Of a DNA stretch of 64,000 bases, positions 1 through 8,573 are shown one piece after another; within the stretch, counting starts at the first letter, position 1; every line of letters begins with the position of its first letter. The stretch is taken from NCBI GenBank assembly GCA_007694905.1, contig REEU01000144.1, positions 65,638-129,637 on the forward strand. Reading direction: 5' to 3'. This stretch comes from Gammaproteobacteria bacterium. GTDB taxonomy: Bacteria; Pseudomonadota; Gammaproteobacteria; Pseudomonadales; Azotimanducaceae. The translations under genes were made by a program, and so were the position numbers. A model generated the notes under the pieces. The model was not told the origin of the DNA. It saw only the letters and a list, made by a program, of their open reading frames with translations, and did not search any database.

Positions 1-86
1 TCATGGGCGAGCACCCGCAGGGCCCCAGTGGCCTCCGCTGCTGCCGTGCGCATGTGCTCAATGTCGAGTCCGGTGGTGACGGGCAT
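1..86 (-). CDS. 5' end (28 codons) of a probable ArsR/SmtB-type (BigR/SqrR-like) regulator; the gene runs off the left edge
   Basis: My translation of the reverse strand from ATG at 86 is MPVTTGLDIEHMRTAAAEATGALRVLAH. This resembles the helix preceding the wHTH of ArsR-type repressors (..LKALAHPxRL..). It is divergent from an MBL-fold gene across an AT-rich spacer. Very little sequence is visible. Confidence 0.3.
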   Translation of the reverse strand, partial: MPVTTGLDIEHMRTAAAEATGALRVLAH

Positions 87-106
87 GGGCTGCTCAAATA
101 GTTGGC

Positions 107-134
107 TTGAAAACATTATAAACATATATATTAT
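107..134 (+). promoter_or_regulatory. Candidate sigma70 promoter TTGAAA-N16-TATTAT for the MBL-fold gene, overlapped by an AT-rich inverted repeat
   Basis: TTGAAA lies at 107-112 and TATTAT at 129-134, about 30 nt upstream of ATG 164. The imperfect inverted repeat ACATA-N5-TATGT at 122-136 overlaps the -10 box. It sits in a roughly 35 bp AT-rich patch within GC-rich DNA. Confidence 0.4.
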
Positions 135-163
135 GTAATCAAGCTATCTGATAGGAGCCTACG

Positions 164-1027
164 ATGCGACCTCACGTGCAAGCTTTTCTGGATGACGACA
201 GCGAAACCTTCAGTTATGTCATCTACGACGCGCCTGGAGGGCATGCGGCGGTCATCGATCCAGTTCGGGATTTTGACTATGCATCGGGCCGGATGGCGAC
301 CGCAGGTGCCGACCGTATCCTGGAGTTCATACGTGTGAACGGATTGGCGGTAGACTGGATCCTGGAGACCCACGCCCACGCGGACCATCTTTCAGCGGCG
401 CCGTATCTGCGCGATCAGCTTGGCGGTCGGATCGCCATCGGCGAGCACATTCGCGACGTGCAAACGATCTTCCGGGAGCTGTTCAATCTCGAACGATCCT
501 TCCTGCCTGATGGCAGCCAGTTCGACCGGCTGTTCACGGACGGAGACCGTTTTCATATCGGTGACATCGAGGGCAGGGTGATCCACGTTCCCGGCCACAC
601 GCCGGCGGATCTTGCCTACCTGATCGGGGATGCCCTGTTCGTCGGCGACACTCTGTTCATGCCGGACGCAGGCACCGCGCGCTGCGACTTTCCCGGAGGC
701 GACTCTGCCACCCTGTATCGCTCGGTGCAGAAGCTGCTGGCGCTGCCGGATGCGACCCGCGTGTTCGTCTGCCACGACTACCCGCCGGAAAGCCGCCCAA
801 GTCACCAGTGGGAGACGACCATCGCTGCGCAGCGACACCACAATATCCACGTCCACCAGGGCGTCTCGGAACCGGAGTTCGTCGCCATGCGTGATGCCCG
901 CGATGCCACCCTGGATATGCCGCGTCTGATCCTGCCGTCCATTCAGCTCAACATCCGGGCGGGTCAGTTGCCGCCGGCCGAGGACAACGGCGTCGTCTAC
1001 CTGAAGGTGCCCATCGACAGGCTGTGA
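164..1027 (+). CDS. MBL-fold metallo-hydrolase (glyoxalase II / persulfide dioxygenase-like)
   Basis: 287 aa ORF with the zinc motif THAHADH, then VPGHTPAD and CHDY. AGGAG RBS at 153-157. Confidence 0.85.
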   Translation: MRPHVQAFLDDDSETFSYVIYDAPGGHAAVIDPVRDFDYASGRMATAGADRILEFIRVNGLAVDWILETHAHADHLSAAPYLRDQLGGRIAIGEHIRDVQTIFRELFNLERSFLPDGSQFDRLFTDGDRFHIGDIEGRVIHVPGHTPADLAYLIGDALFVGDTLFMPDAGTARCDFPGGDSATLYRSVQKLLALPDATRVFVCHDYPPESRPSHQWETTIAAQRHHNIHVHQGVSEPEFVAMRDARDATLDMPRLILPSIQLNIRAGQLPPAEDNGVVYLKVPIDRL

Positions 1028-1060
1028 TAGCTTGCCTCCTCGTCCGCGAGGGGAGGGACC

Positions 1061-2161
1061 ATGACCAGGGAGCACATCGTCGTGGCGGGGGCATCCGGCG
1101 TCGTCGGCTATGCCGCCATGAAGCTGTTCGCGGAACGCGGCTGCCGCGTCACCGCGGTGTCACGGCGTCCGCCGTTGCATGATTTCGGTGCTGAGCATGT
1201 AGCGGTGGATCTGCAGGATGCGCGGGCCTGCAGCGAAGTCTTCGGGCGCATGACCGACGTGACGCGGTTGGTCTACGCCGCACTCTATGAAAAGCCGGGG
1301 CTGATGCCGGGCTGGATCGAGACGGATCACATCGACACTAATCGGCGCATGCTCGAAAACCTGTTCGAGCCGCTGAGTGCGGCAGCCGGGGGCCTGCGGC
1401 ACGTCTCCCTGCTGCAAGGCACCAAGGCCTATGGCGCCCACGTCCGCCAGATTCCGCTCCCGGCCCGCGAGCACAGGGACGAGCTGCACGCGCAGCCGAA
1501 CTTCTACTGGGAACAGGAGCGCTACATTCGCGAGCGGCAGCAGGGTCAGGACTGGCATTGGACGATCTTTCGCCCGCAGCTCATCTTCGGGATGGCCCTG
1601 GGGGCAGCCATGAACCTGATCCCGCCCATCGGGGTCTACGCGGCGCTGCTGCGGGAGCAGGGCGAGCCGCTGCATTATCCCGGGGGGGCGTCCACGTTCG
1701 TGATCGAAGCGGTGGACGCTGACCTGCTCGCGCGAGCCATGGCCTGGGCCGGCGACGAGGCCGGCCAGCAGGCGGCCGCGAGCGAAATCTTCAACGTCAC
1801 CAATGGTGACGTGTTCGTCTGGCGGGAGGTGTGGCCGGCTGTCGCGGATGCGCTGGGCATGACTGTCGGCGAGGAGCGGCCTCAGTCGATGGCGCAGGCC
1901 CTGCCGGCTCAGGCGGCGTCATGGGACGCGATTCGGGAGCGCCATGGGTTACGTGCTCCGCCACTCGAGCCATTTGTCGGCGAATCCCATCACTACATGG
2001 ACTTCACGTTCACGCCGGATGCGCCGGAGCGTACGGCAGCGGCGCTGGTTTCGACCATCCACCTGCGTCGGTCAGGTTTCGGCGAGTGCATGGACACGGA
2101 AGCGATGTTGCGTAAGTGGTTCAATGCCTATCAGCAGGAGGGCCTGCTGCCGCCGCGATGA
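1061..2161 (+). CDS. Atypical SDR / NAD-dependent epimerase-dehydratase family oxidoreductase (PRISE-like)
   Basis: 366 aa with N-terminal Rossmann motif VVAGASGVVG. It starts 33 nt after the MBL gene on the same strand. Confidence 0.75.
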   Translation: MTREHIVVAGASGVVGYAAMKLFAERGCRVTAVSRRPPLHDFGAEHVAVDLQDARACSEVFGRMTDVTRLVYAALYEKPGLMPGWIETDHIDTNRRMLENLFEPLSAAAGGLRHVSLLQGTKAYGAHVRQIPLPAREHRDELHAQPNFYWEQERYIRERQQGQDWHWTIFRPQLIFGMALGAAMNLIPPIGVYAALLREQGEPLHYPGGASTFVIEAVDADLLARAMAWAGDEAGQQAAASEIFNVTNGDVFVWREVWPAVADALGMTVGEERPQSMAQALPAQAASWDAIRERHGLRAPPLEPFVGESHHYMDFTFTPDAPERTAAALVSTIHLRRSGFGECMDTEAMLRKWFNAYQQEGLLPPR

Positions 2162-2165
2162 AGCT

Positions 2166-2636
2166 TCAGAACTGAAACGCGCCGGGCGCGATTTCGATCG
2201 GGACACGACCATCGCGGCTGAACTGCAGTGGCCGCGGCCAGAGATCCACGTCGATCTCACCGTCGAGAAGGTAGCTGACTTCGGAAGGCGGTTGGCGTGC
2301 CCACTCACTGAGCTGCCCGAGCAGCCGGATGGTATCCAGGTTCAGCTCCAGCTTGACCCGGGACTCGCCACCGGCGGGAATACGCAGGCGCTCGGTGCTC
2401 TGACCGTTGCCGAGCTGGGTGCCGGCAAGGCTGAGCCCGTAGCGAAATCCGGTCACGGGCAGCGGGACGTTGTTCGGGTTCTGCACCCGCAGTTCCAGGC
2501 CGAATCGCTGCTGGGCGAAGCCGAGCTGCAGCAGCTCGACCCGCTCCAGGGCGATGGCCGGAGGTTCGAGCTGAGGTAGGCTGGCGCAACCGGCGAGCAG
2601 AAACAGACTGAACAGTAGGGAAGCGTAGCGGATCAC
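2166..2636 (-). CDS. LEA type 2 / WHy-domain lipoprotein
   Basis: The ORF track frame is 2166-2705. I place the start at GTG 2636, with AAGGA 8 nt upstream, which gives VIRYASLLFSLFLLAGC with lipobox LLAGC. The mature part resembles LEA14/WHy beta-sandwich proteins. Confidence 0.6.
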   Translation of the reverse strand: MIRYASLLFSLFLLAGCASLPQLEPPAIALERVELLQLGFAQQRFGLELRVQNPNNVPLPVTGFRYGLSLAGTQLGNGQSTERLRIPAGGESRVKLELNLDTIRLLGQLSEWARQPPSEVSYLLDGEIDVDLWPRPLQFSRDGRVPIEIAPGAFQF

Positions 2637-2810
2637 GGGAGCTGTCCTTGGAATCGGGCGGCGATGCCGCGCACCATACGCCGAGCAGTAGAGGGGGGAA
2701 AGCATGCAGTGCCGGAGTGTGATTCGCTGTGCGCTAACGCACCGGGTGTCGGTGTCTCGCAGCGCGTGGTCCGAGCAGATCGGGTCCGTAGCGCATGGGG
2801 TGGGGCGCTC

Positions 2811-4043
2811 ATGATGCGGCCGGTGCTGGCCATGGTCCTGCTGGTGTCGCTGCCGATGTACGGCGCGCCGGATGATGGCATGCGGCTGCCGCGTACCCTG
2901 GCCTGGTCGGCGTACCCCACCGGGACCCAGGGCTATAGCCAGGCGGTGGCCATTGGCAGTGTGCTGCAGCGGGAGTACCGCACGAATCTGCGTGTGGTGC
3001 CCGGCCGCAACGACGTCTCTCGCCTCGCGACGCTGCGAGCGGGGCGGGTGCAGTTCTCCGCCGGCGGTTCCGAGGCGGTTTATGCCCAGGAGGCGCTGCT
3101 CAACTTCGCCTCACCTCTGTGGGGGCCGCAGCCGCTGCGCCTGGCCATGTGGTCCATAGCAGACAGCTGTTCGTTCTCATTCGCAGCCGCGGCGGACTCC
3201 GGAATCGAAACTGTGGCTGACATGCGCGGGCGGCGTCTGACCTGGGTGCAGGGGGCGCCGTCGTTGAACAACGGCAGCCGGACGCTGCTCGCCTATGCGG
3301 ACCTCGATTGGGATGACGTTGAAAAGGTTGAAGTGGGCGGCTACCCGGCCTCCATCGAGGCGGTGATCAACAATCGCGCTGACGTGGTGGGCGGCGGCTG
3401 CAACTCGCCTCCTTTCCTGCGCCTGGAGGCATCGCCGCGTGGACTCCGTTTCCTGCGCATGCCCCATGACGACGAGGAAGCGGTCGCGAGGGTACTCGAC
3501 CGATTGCCCTGGTACATCCCGCACCTCACCACCGAGGGACCGACGATTCCAGATGAGGGGCTGGAGGTGTTCACGTCACCGTATCCGATGCTGGTGTCCA
3601 TGGCGGATGCCTCGGAAGAATTGGTCTACAGCGTGGTGAAGGCGCTACACGTTCACTTCGACCGCTACAAGGACAATGCGCCGGGGGCTAACGGTTGGGC
3701 GCTGGAGCGGCAGCATTTCGAGCGCGCATTCGTGCCTTACCATGAGGGCGCAATCAGGTACTGGCGAGAGATTGGCGCCTGGACGGACGCCGCCCAGGCC
3801 CGACATGAGGAGAATCTGGAACGCCAAGCCGTGCTCCAGGAAGCCTGGGTCGCCTGGCAGAGCCAGGTGGTCAGGGATACGGCACCTTCCGGGGAGGACG
3901 GCTGGCTGGGAGCACTGCGCGCGACATGGGCAGCCTGGATGCAAGGAATGCCCAGTGACGCTGAGACCTTCGAGCAGGGTTGGCTCAAGGCCCGCCGGGC
4001 CGCGCTGGAGGAACGGGGCATGGTGACGATCGCCGATGACTGA
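2811..4043 (+). CDS. TAXI-family TRAP transporter solute-binding protein, with a roughly 90 aa C-terminal extension
   Basis: The internal ATG at 2811 gives the signal peptide MMRPVLAMVLLVSLPMYGA. The body resembles TAXI receptors (LRAGRVQFSAGGSEAVYAQ). It overlaps the next gene by 8 nt. Confidence 0.8.
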   Translation: MMRPVLAMVLLVSLPMYGAPDDGMRLPRTLAWSAYPTGTQGYSQAVAIGSVLQREYRTNLRVVPGRNDVSRLATLRAGRVQFSAGGSEAVYAQEALLNFASPLWGPQPLRLAMWSIADSCSFSFAAAADSGIETVADMRGRRLTWVQGAPSLNNGSRTLLAYADLDWDDVEKVEVGGYPASIEAVINNRADVVGGGCNSPPFLRLEASPRGLRFLRMPHDDEEAVARVLDRLPWYIPHLTTEGPTIPDEGLEVFTSPYPMLVSMADASEELVYSVVKALHVHFDRYKDNAPGANGWALERQHFERAFVPYHEGAIRYWREIGAWTDAAQARHEENLERQAVLQEAWVAWQSQVVRDTAPSGEDGWLGALRATWAAWMQGMPSDAETFEQGWLKARRAALEERGMVTIADD

Positions 4044-6015
4044 GCCGGCGCTGCACGACGAGGGGGCCACCCGCTATCGGGTGCTGACGCCGTTTTGGCA
4101 GGGCGTGATGGCAGCGGCCACCGCCATCGCCACAGTGCTGGCCGTCAACCAGATCTTCAACCTCGGCTTCTTCCTCGGCGAAGTGCTGCTCGATGGCCGC
4201 TACCTCTACATCATCACGGGGCTGATGCTGAGTATGGTGTTCATCGCGTTCCCGGCCGGCGCCTGGGGCGCACAGGACAGGGTGCCCTGGTACGACCTGC
4301 TGCTGATTACCGTCATCGTGGTCGTGTTCGGTTATTTCGCCTGGAACGCCGAGCGCATCGTGCTCGAGGCTTGGGAATACATCGCGCCACCAATCGGCAT
4401 CGTGCTGTCGATGATCACCTGGCTGATCGTTTTGGAAGCCGGCCGTCGTGCCGGCGGCTGGCCGATCTTCGTCATCGTCGGCGTTCTGTCGCTGTATCCG
4501 CTGTACTCCGACCGCATGCCCGACGTGGTGGCAGGTATCGGCATGCGCCTGCCGGAGACGGCCATCTTCCACGTCCTGAGCGAAGAGAGCCTGTTCGGTA
4601 TCCCGATGCAGGCGTTCGCGCTGCTGGTATTCGGCTTCCTGCTGTTCGGCGTGGCGCTGCGGTTCACGGGCGGCGGCCCTTTCTTCATCAATTTTGCGTT
4701 TGCGCTGCTGGGTCATATGCGCGGCGGGCCGGCCAAGGTGGCGATTTTTTCCAGCGGCCTGATGGGCTCCATGAGCGGCGGGCCGGTGACCAATGCGCTC
4801 ACCACCGGGCCGCTGTCCATACCGGCCATGCGCCGGATCGGCTTCTCACGCGAGTACGCAGCCGGCGTCGAGGCGTGTGCGTCCACCGGCGGCGTGCTGA
4901 TGCCGCCCATCATGGGTGCGACCGCGTTCGTGATGGCGAATTTTCTCGGCGTCAGCTACGTAACCGTGGCCCTGGCCGCGGTGATCCCCTCGCTGTTGTA
5001 TTTCTTCGGGTTGTTCATGCAGATCGATGCGTATGCGGCGCGCCATCATTTGCATGGCCTCCCGCGCGAGGAGCTTCCCCGGCTCGGCGAGGTGTTCCGA
5101 GAGGGCTGGTACTTCATCTTTGTGTTCGTTTTGCTGATCGTGCTGCTCGTCTACATGCAGCGGGAAGCCACGGCGCCGTTCCTCGCCACGGGTCTGCTGC
5201 TGATCATCAACCAGTTCACAAGTCATCGACTCAACTGGGCCGGCCTGAAACGTCTGGTGGCCGCCTGCGGCCAGCTGATGGCGGAACTCGCCGGTATTCT
5301 GGCGGCCATCGGTCTGATCGTCGGGTCGCTGGCGGTGACCGGGATGGCGGGTACGCTGGCCAATGATCTGGTCTACATTGCCGGCGAGAACGTGGTGATC
5401 CTGCTGATCATGGGTGCCGTTACGAGCTTTGTTCTCGGTATCGGCATGACGGTCACCGCAGCCTACATCTTCCTGGCCATCGTGCTGGCGCCGGCACTGG
5501 TGAACGCCGGCCTCGACCCGCTGGCGTCCCATATGTTCATCATGTATTGGGGCATGCTCAGCTTCATCACGCCGCCGGTGGCTCTGGCAGCATTCGCCGC
5601 CGCATCGGTGGCTCAGGTCTCGGCCATGCGTGCTGGGGTCCAGGCGATGCGGCTTGGCACGATCATCTACTTCATTCCGTTCTTCTTCGTGTTCAATCCG
5701 GCGCTGCTGATGCAGGGTGGGGCAGGGGAGATCATCACCGTCCTCGTGACCGCCATGATCGGCGTCGCCCTGGTCTCGGCGGCACTGCAGGGCTACCTGC
5801 TCGGCTTTGGCGATCTCGGCCGCGGTTTCGTGGCGTCGATCGTACGTGCAGCCATCTTCGTCGCGGGACTCTTGCTCGCTGCCCCCGGGGGCGGGATGCT
5901 TGGTGTTCCACACTGGGCGCTGCTGGTGTCCGGACTGGGTCTGGTGGTGGCAGCGCTGATCGTTGCCGCGGGACGTCGTCGTATGCTGGCGACGCAATGG
6001 GGGGAGACCACATGA
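4036..6015 (+). CDS. TRAP transporter fused permease (TAXI-associated large/small subunit fusion)
   Basis: 659 aa, polytopic and hydrophobic throughout, with the typical TAXI-type fused permease layout. Confidence 0.85.
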   Translation: MTEPALHDEGATRYRVLTPFWQGVMAAATAIATVLAVNQIFNLGFFLGEVLLDGRYLYIITGLMLSMVFIAFPAGAWGAQDRVPWYDLLLITVIVVVFGYFAWNAERIVLEAWEYIAPPIGIVLSMITWLIVLEAGRRAGGWPIFVIVGVLSLYPLYSDRMPDVVAGIGMRLPETAIFHVLSEESLFGIPMQAFALLVFGFLLFGVALRFTGGGPFFINFAFALLGHMRGGPAKVAIFSSGLMGSMSGGPVTNALTTGPLSIPAMRRIGFSREYAAGVEACASTGGVLMPPIMGATAFVMANFLGVSYVTVALAAVIPSLLYFFGLFMQIDAYAARHHLHGLPREELPRLGEVFREGWYFIFVFVLLIVLLVYMQREATAPFLATGLLLIINQFTSHRLNWAGLKRLVAACGQLMAELAGILAAIGLIVGSLAVTGMAGTLANDLVYIAGENVVILLIMGAVTSFVLGIGMTVTAAYIFLAIVLAPALVNAGLDPLASHMFIMYWGMLSFITPPVALAAFAAASVAQVSAMRAGVQAMRLGTIIYFIPFFFVFNPALLMQGGAGEIITVLVTAMIGVALVSAALQGYLLGFGDLGRGFVASIVRAAIFVAGLLLAAPGGGMLGVPHWALLVSGLGLVVAALIVAAGRRRMLATQWGETT

Positions 6016-8318
6016 ACAGGGTGGCCATCGTTTCGCTCTCGGTCTGTCTGCTTCTGGGATGTAGTCAGGACGAAGGCGCATCGCTGACGGATCCGGACGT
6101 CTACCGGGTCGACATCCGCTGGACTGATTACGGCATCCCCCACATCGACGCTGCCGACTGGGCGAGCCTTGGCTACGGACTCGCCTACGCGACGGCGCAG
6201 GATGCGATTTGCGTGCTGGCAGAGGAAATCGTCACGGTGCGCGGCGAACGCGCGCGCTACTTTGGCGCTCATTCCGACGGCATCGACAACATCGCGAACG
6301 ACGTCTTTCAGCGTGCGATCATCGACCAGGACGTGGTGGCACATCATCGTGCAGGCGCACCTCCGGAAGTTGCGGCCATGAATCGGGGCTACCGGGATGG
6401 CTACAACCGCTGGCTCGAGGATCACGGGCACCATCTGCCGGCGCGTTGTGCCGGTGAGCCGTGGGTGCGTCCAATGACCGATGAAGACGTGACCCGCATG
6501 GGCATCTGGGTCGGCATACGCTACGGGCTCGGCCGCGCCGCCGAACCTATCGTCAACGCCGAACCGGCGGCAGCGTCCAGGGCGGAGCCCGCATCCGCTG
6601 GCGCCGTCGTGTTTCTGGGCGACATGCCCGATCATGCCGAGCTTGGCAGCAATGCCTACGCCATTGGCAGTGAGCTCACCGCGAACGAACGCGGACTGCT
6701 GCTCGGCAATCCACACTACCCCTGGCGGGGCTCGTCACGCTTTCACATGAAGCACCTGCGCATACCCGGCGAGCTCGACGTGATGGGCGTCGGCCTTTAC
6801 ACGACCAACGCGGTTGCCATCGGTTTCACGCGGCACGTGGCGTGGACCCATACGGTATCGACGGCGCTGCGCTTCACGCTCTACAGGCTGGAGCTCGACC
6901 CTGATGATTCGACCCGCTACCGGCACGGTGAGGACATCCGCAACATGACGTCCCGCGATGTTGAGGTGCCGGTGCTCAGCCCGGACGGCGAACTCCTACC
7001 GGAGCGACGCACGATCTGGTTCAGCCATCACGGGCCAGTCCTTGCCAGCTCGGAATTGCCCTGGAGCAGCGAACATGCGTTCGCACTCCGGGACGTGAAC
7101 CTCCGCAACAATCGCGCTGGTGAACAGTACCTGCGCTTTTGGCGCGCGCGCAGCGTCGAAGACATGCGTGATGCATTGCAGGCCGTACAGGGCGTCTCCT
7201 GGACCAATACCGTCGCAGCGGATCGGCGTGGAGGCGCACTGTACGCGGACATCACGGTGGTGCCCAACGTGGATCGGACGCTGATCGAAGACTGCGGCGT
7301 GACCCTGGACAACGCGGGACCATGGTCTCGGGCGGTGACCCTGGATGGCAGCCGACCGGAATGCGCTTGGCGCGAGGCTCCGGATGCCGCGCAGGCGGGA
7401 ATCCTGCCTCCTGAAGAGTTGCCGTATCTGATCACGCAGCGATACGTCTCCAATTCCAACGACAGTCACTGGCTGTCGAGCCCAAAGGCGCCCCTTGAAG
7501 GCTATTCGCCCATCATTGGCGACGAGCGTGCCCAGCGCAGCCTGCGCACCCGGGCCGGTCTGGTGTTCCTCGAAGAGGTGCTCTACGAGGATCGCCGCTT
7601 CACCCCGGAGATCGTCCAGGACATTTTGTTTGAACACCGGAATTTTGGCGCGTCTCTGCTGCTCGATGATCTTCTCGAGCTCTGCAAGGACCTGGACGGC
7701 ACGCCTGCGCGGGCCTGCGAAGTCCTCGCAGGCTGGGACCGCCGGCATGCCTTGGACAGCCGCGGTGCGCACGTCTGGACGGAGTTCTGGCGGCATGCCG
7801 GCCGCATGGAGAATCCCTGGGTGGTGGGATTCGACCCCGCGGATCCCGTTGCAACGCCGGCCGGGCTGCGGGTCCAGGATGTGGAAGTGCGGGCGGGCCT
7901 GACGGACGCCCTGACGCGTGCCGTGGAGACCCTCGACGAAGCAGAGATCGCGCTGGATGCCCCGCTGGGTGAAATCCAGTACGTCATGCGCAACGGCGAG
8001 AAGATCGGCATTCCGGGCGGCGAAGGTTGGGCGGGGGCGTTCAGTATGATCGTCACTCGGCTGCAGCCGGGCGAGGGCTATACGCCGGTCACGCATGGCA
8101 ACAGTTACATTCAGGTGGTGACATGGGATGACTCTGGTGCTCCGGATGCCCGGGCCATCCTCACCTACTCGCAGTCGGAAGAGCCGGACTCACCGCACTA
8201 TGCGGATCAGACCCGGCTGTACAGCGAAGGGAAGTGGCTGCGGCTGCCATTCACCGATGCGCAGATCGAGCAGGCGCGAACACTGCGGCAGGTCACGCTC
8301 GAAGCACCGAGACGCTAA
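6012..8318 (+). CDS. Penicillin acylase-family Ntn hydrolase (acyl-homoserine-lactone acylase-like), lipoprotein
   Basis: The track ORF starts at 5547, but the ATG at 6012 gives MNRVAIVSLSVCLLLGC with a lipobox. ATGA overlap with the permease stop. The putative beta-subunit nucleophile lies in the GSNAYAIG context, as in PvdQ/QuiP-type acylases. Confidence 0.8.
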   Translation: MNRVAIVSLSVCLLLGCSQDEGASLTDPDVYRVDIRWTDYGIPHIDAADWASLGYGLAYATAQDAICVLAEEIVTVRGERARYFGAHSDGIDNIANDVFQRAIIDQDVVAHHRAGAPPEVAAMNRGYRDGYNRWLEDHGHHLPARCAGEPWVRPMTDEDVTRMGIWVGIRYGLGRAAEPIVNAEPAAASRAEPASAGAVVFLGDMPDHAELGSNAYAIGSELTANERGLLLGNPHYPWRGSSRFHMKHLRIPGELDVMGVGLYTTNAVAIGFTRHVAWTHTVSTALRFTLYRLELDPDDSTRYRHGEDIRNMTSRDVEVPVLSPDGELLPERRTIWFSHHGPVLASSELPWSSEHAFALRDVNLRNNRAGEQYLRFWRARSVEDMRDALQAVQGVSWTNTVAADRRGGALYADITVVPNVDRTLIEDCGVTLDNAGPWSRAVTLDGSRPECAWREAPDAAQAGILPPEELPYLITQRYVSNSNDSHWLSSPKAPLEGYSPIIGDERAQRSLRTRAGLVFLEEVLYEDRRFTPEIVQDILFEHRNFGASLLLDDLLELCKDLDGTPARACEVLAGWDRRHALDSRGAHVWTEFWRHAGRMENPWVVGFDPADPVATPAGLRVQDVEVRAGLTDALTRAVETLDEAEIALDAPLGEIQYVMRNGEKIGIPGGEGWAGAFSMIVTRLQPGEGYTPVTHGNSYIQVVTWDDSGAPDARAILTYSQSEEPDSPHYADQTRLYSEGKWLRLPFTDAQIEQARTLRQVTLEAPRR

Positions 8319-8342
8319 TCCTTTGGATGGAGGACCTCCGAC

Positions 8343-8555
8343 ATGGGCCCATTTGAACTCGCTGCGCTGGCAGTCATCGCCGGGTGTCTGCTCAGCGCCT
8401 TCAAGGCATACAAAAAGAGCCACCGCGGGCCGGATCCGGCCGTTGTGACAGCGCTGGAAGCCGAAATCTGTGATCTCAAGGAGCGGGTCGGGACGCTGGA
8501 GTCCATCGTCACCGACCGGTCCTATCACCTGAACGAAGAGATCAGCCGGCTGTAG
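8343..8555 (+). CDS. Small single-pass membrane protein, PspB-like
   Basis: 70 aa with an N-terminal TM helix and then a coiled-coil segment, DLKERVGTLESIVTD. This resembles the PspB segment RMRERIQALESILD. No pspA or pspC is nearby. Confidence 0.4.
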   Translation: MGPFELAALAVIAGCLLSAFKAYKKSHRGPDPAVVTALEAEICDLKERVGTLESIVTDRSYHLNEEISRL

Positions 8556-8573
8556 CCGCTGACCGTCTTCGGA

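Noticed and set aside
5547-6011. An N-terminal 155 aa extension of the acylase ORF. Similar long 5' extensions occur in track ORFs at 2664, 12150-13133, 12685-13473, 15960, 17905, 34181, 40907, 41272, 43943, 45649 and 57513-58817.
   Set aside because: The extensions overlap the preceding gene or lack coding character. Internal starts give proper signal peptides, lipoboxes, family N-termini and RBSs.
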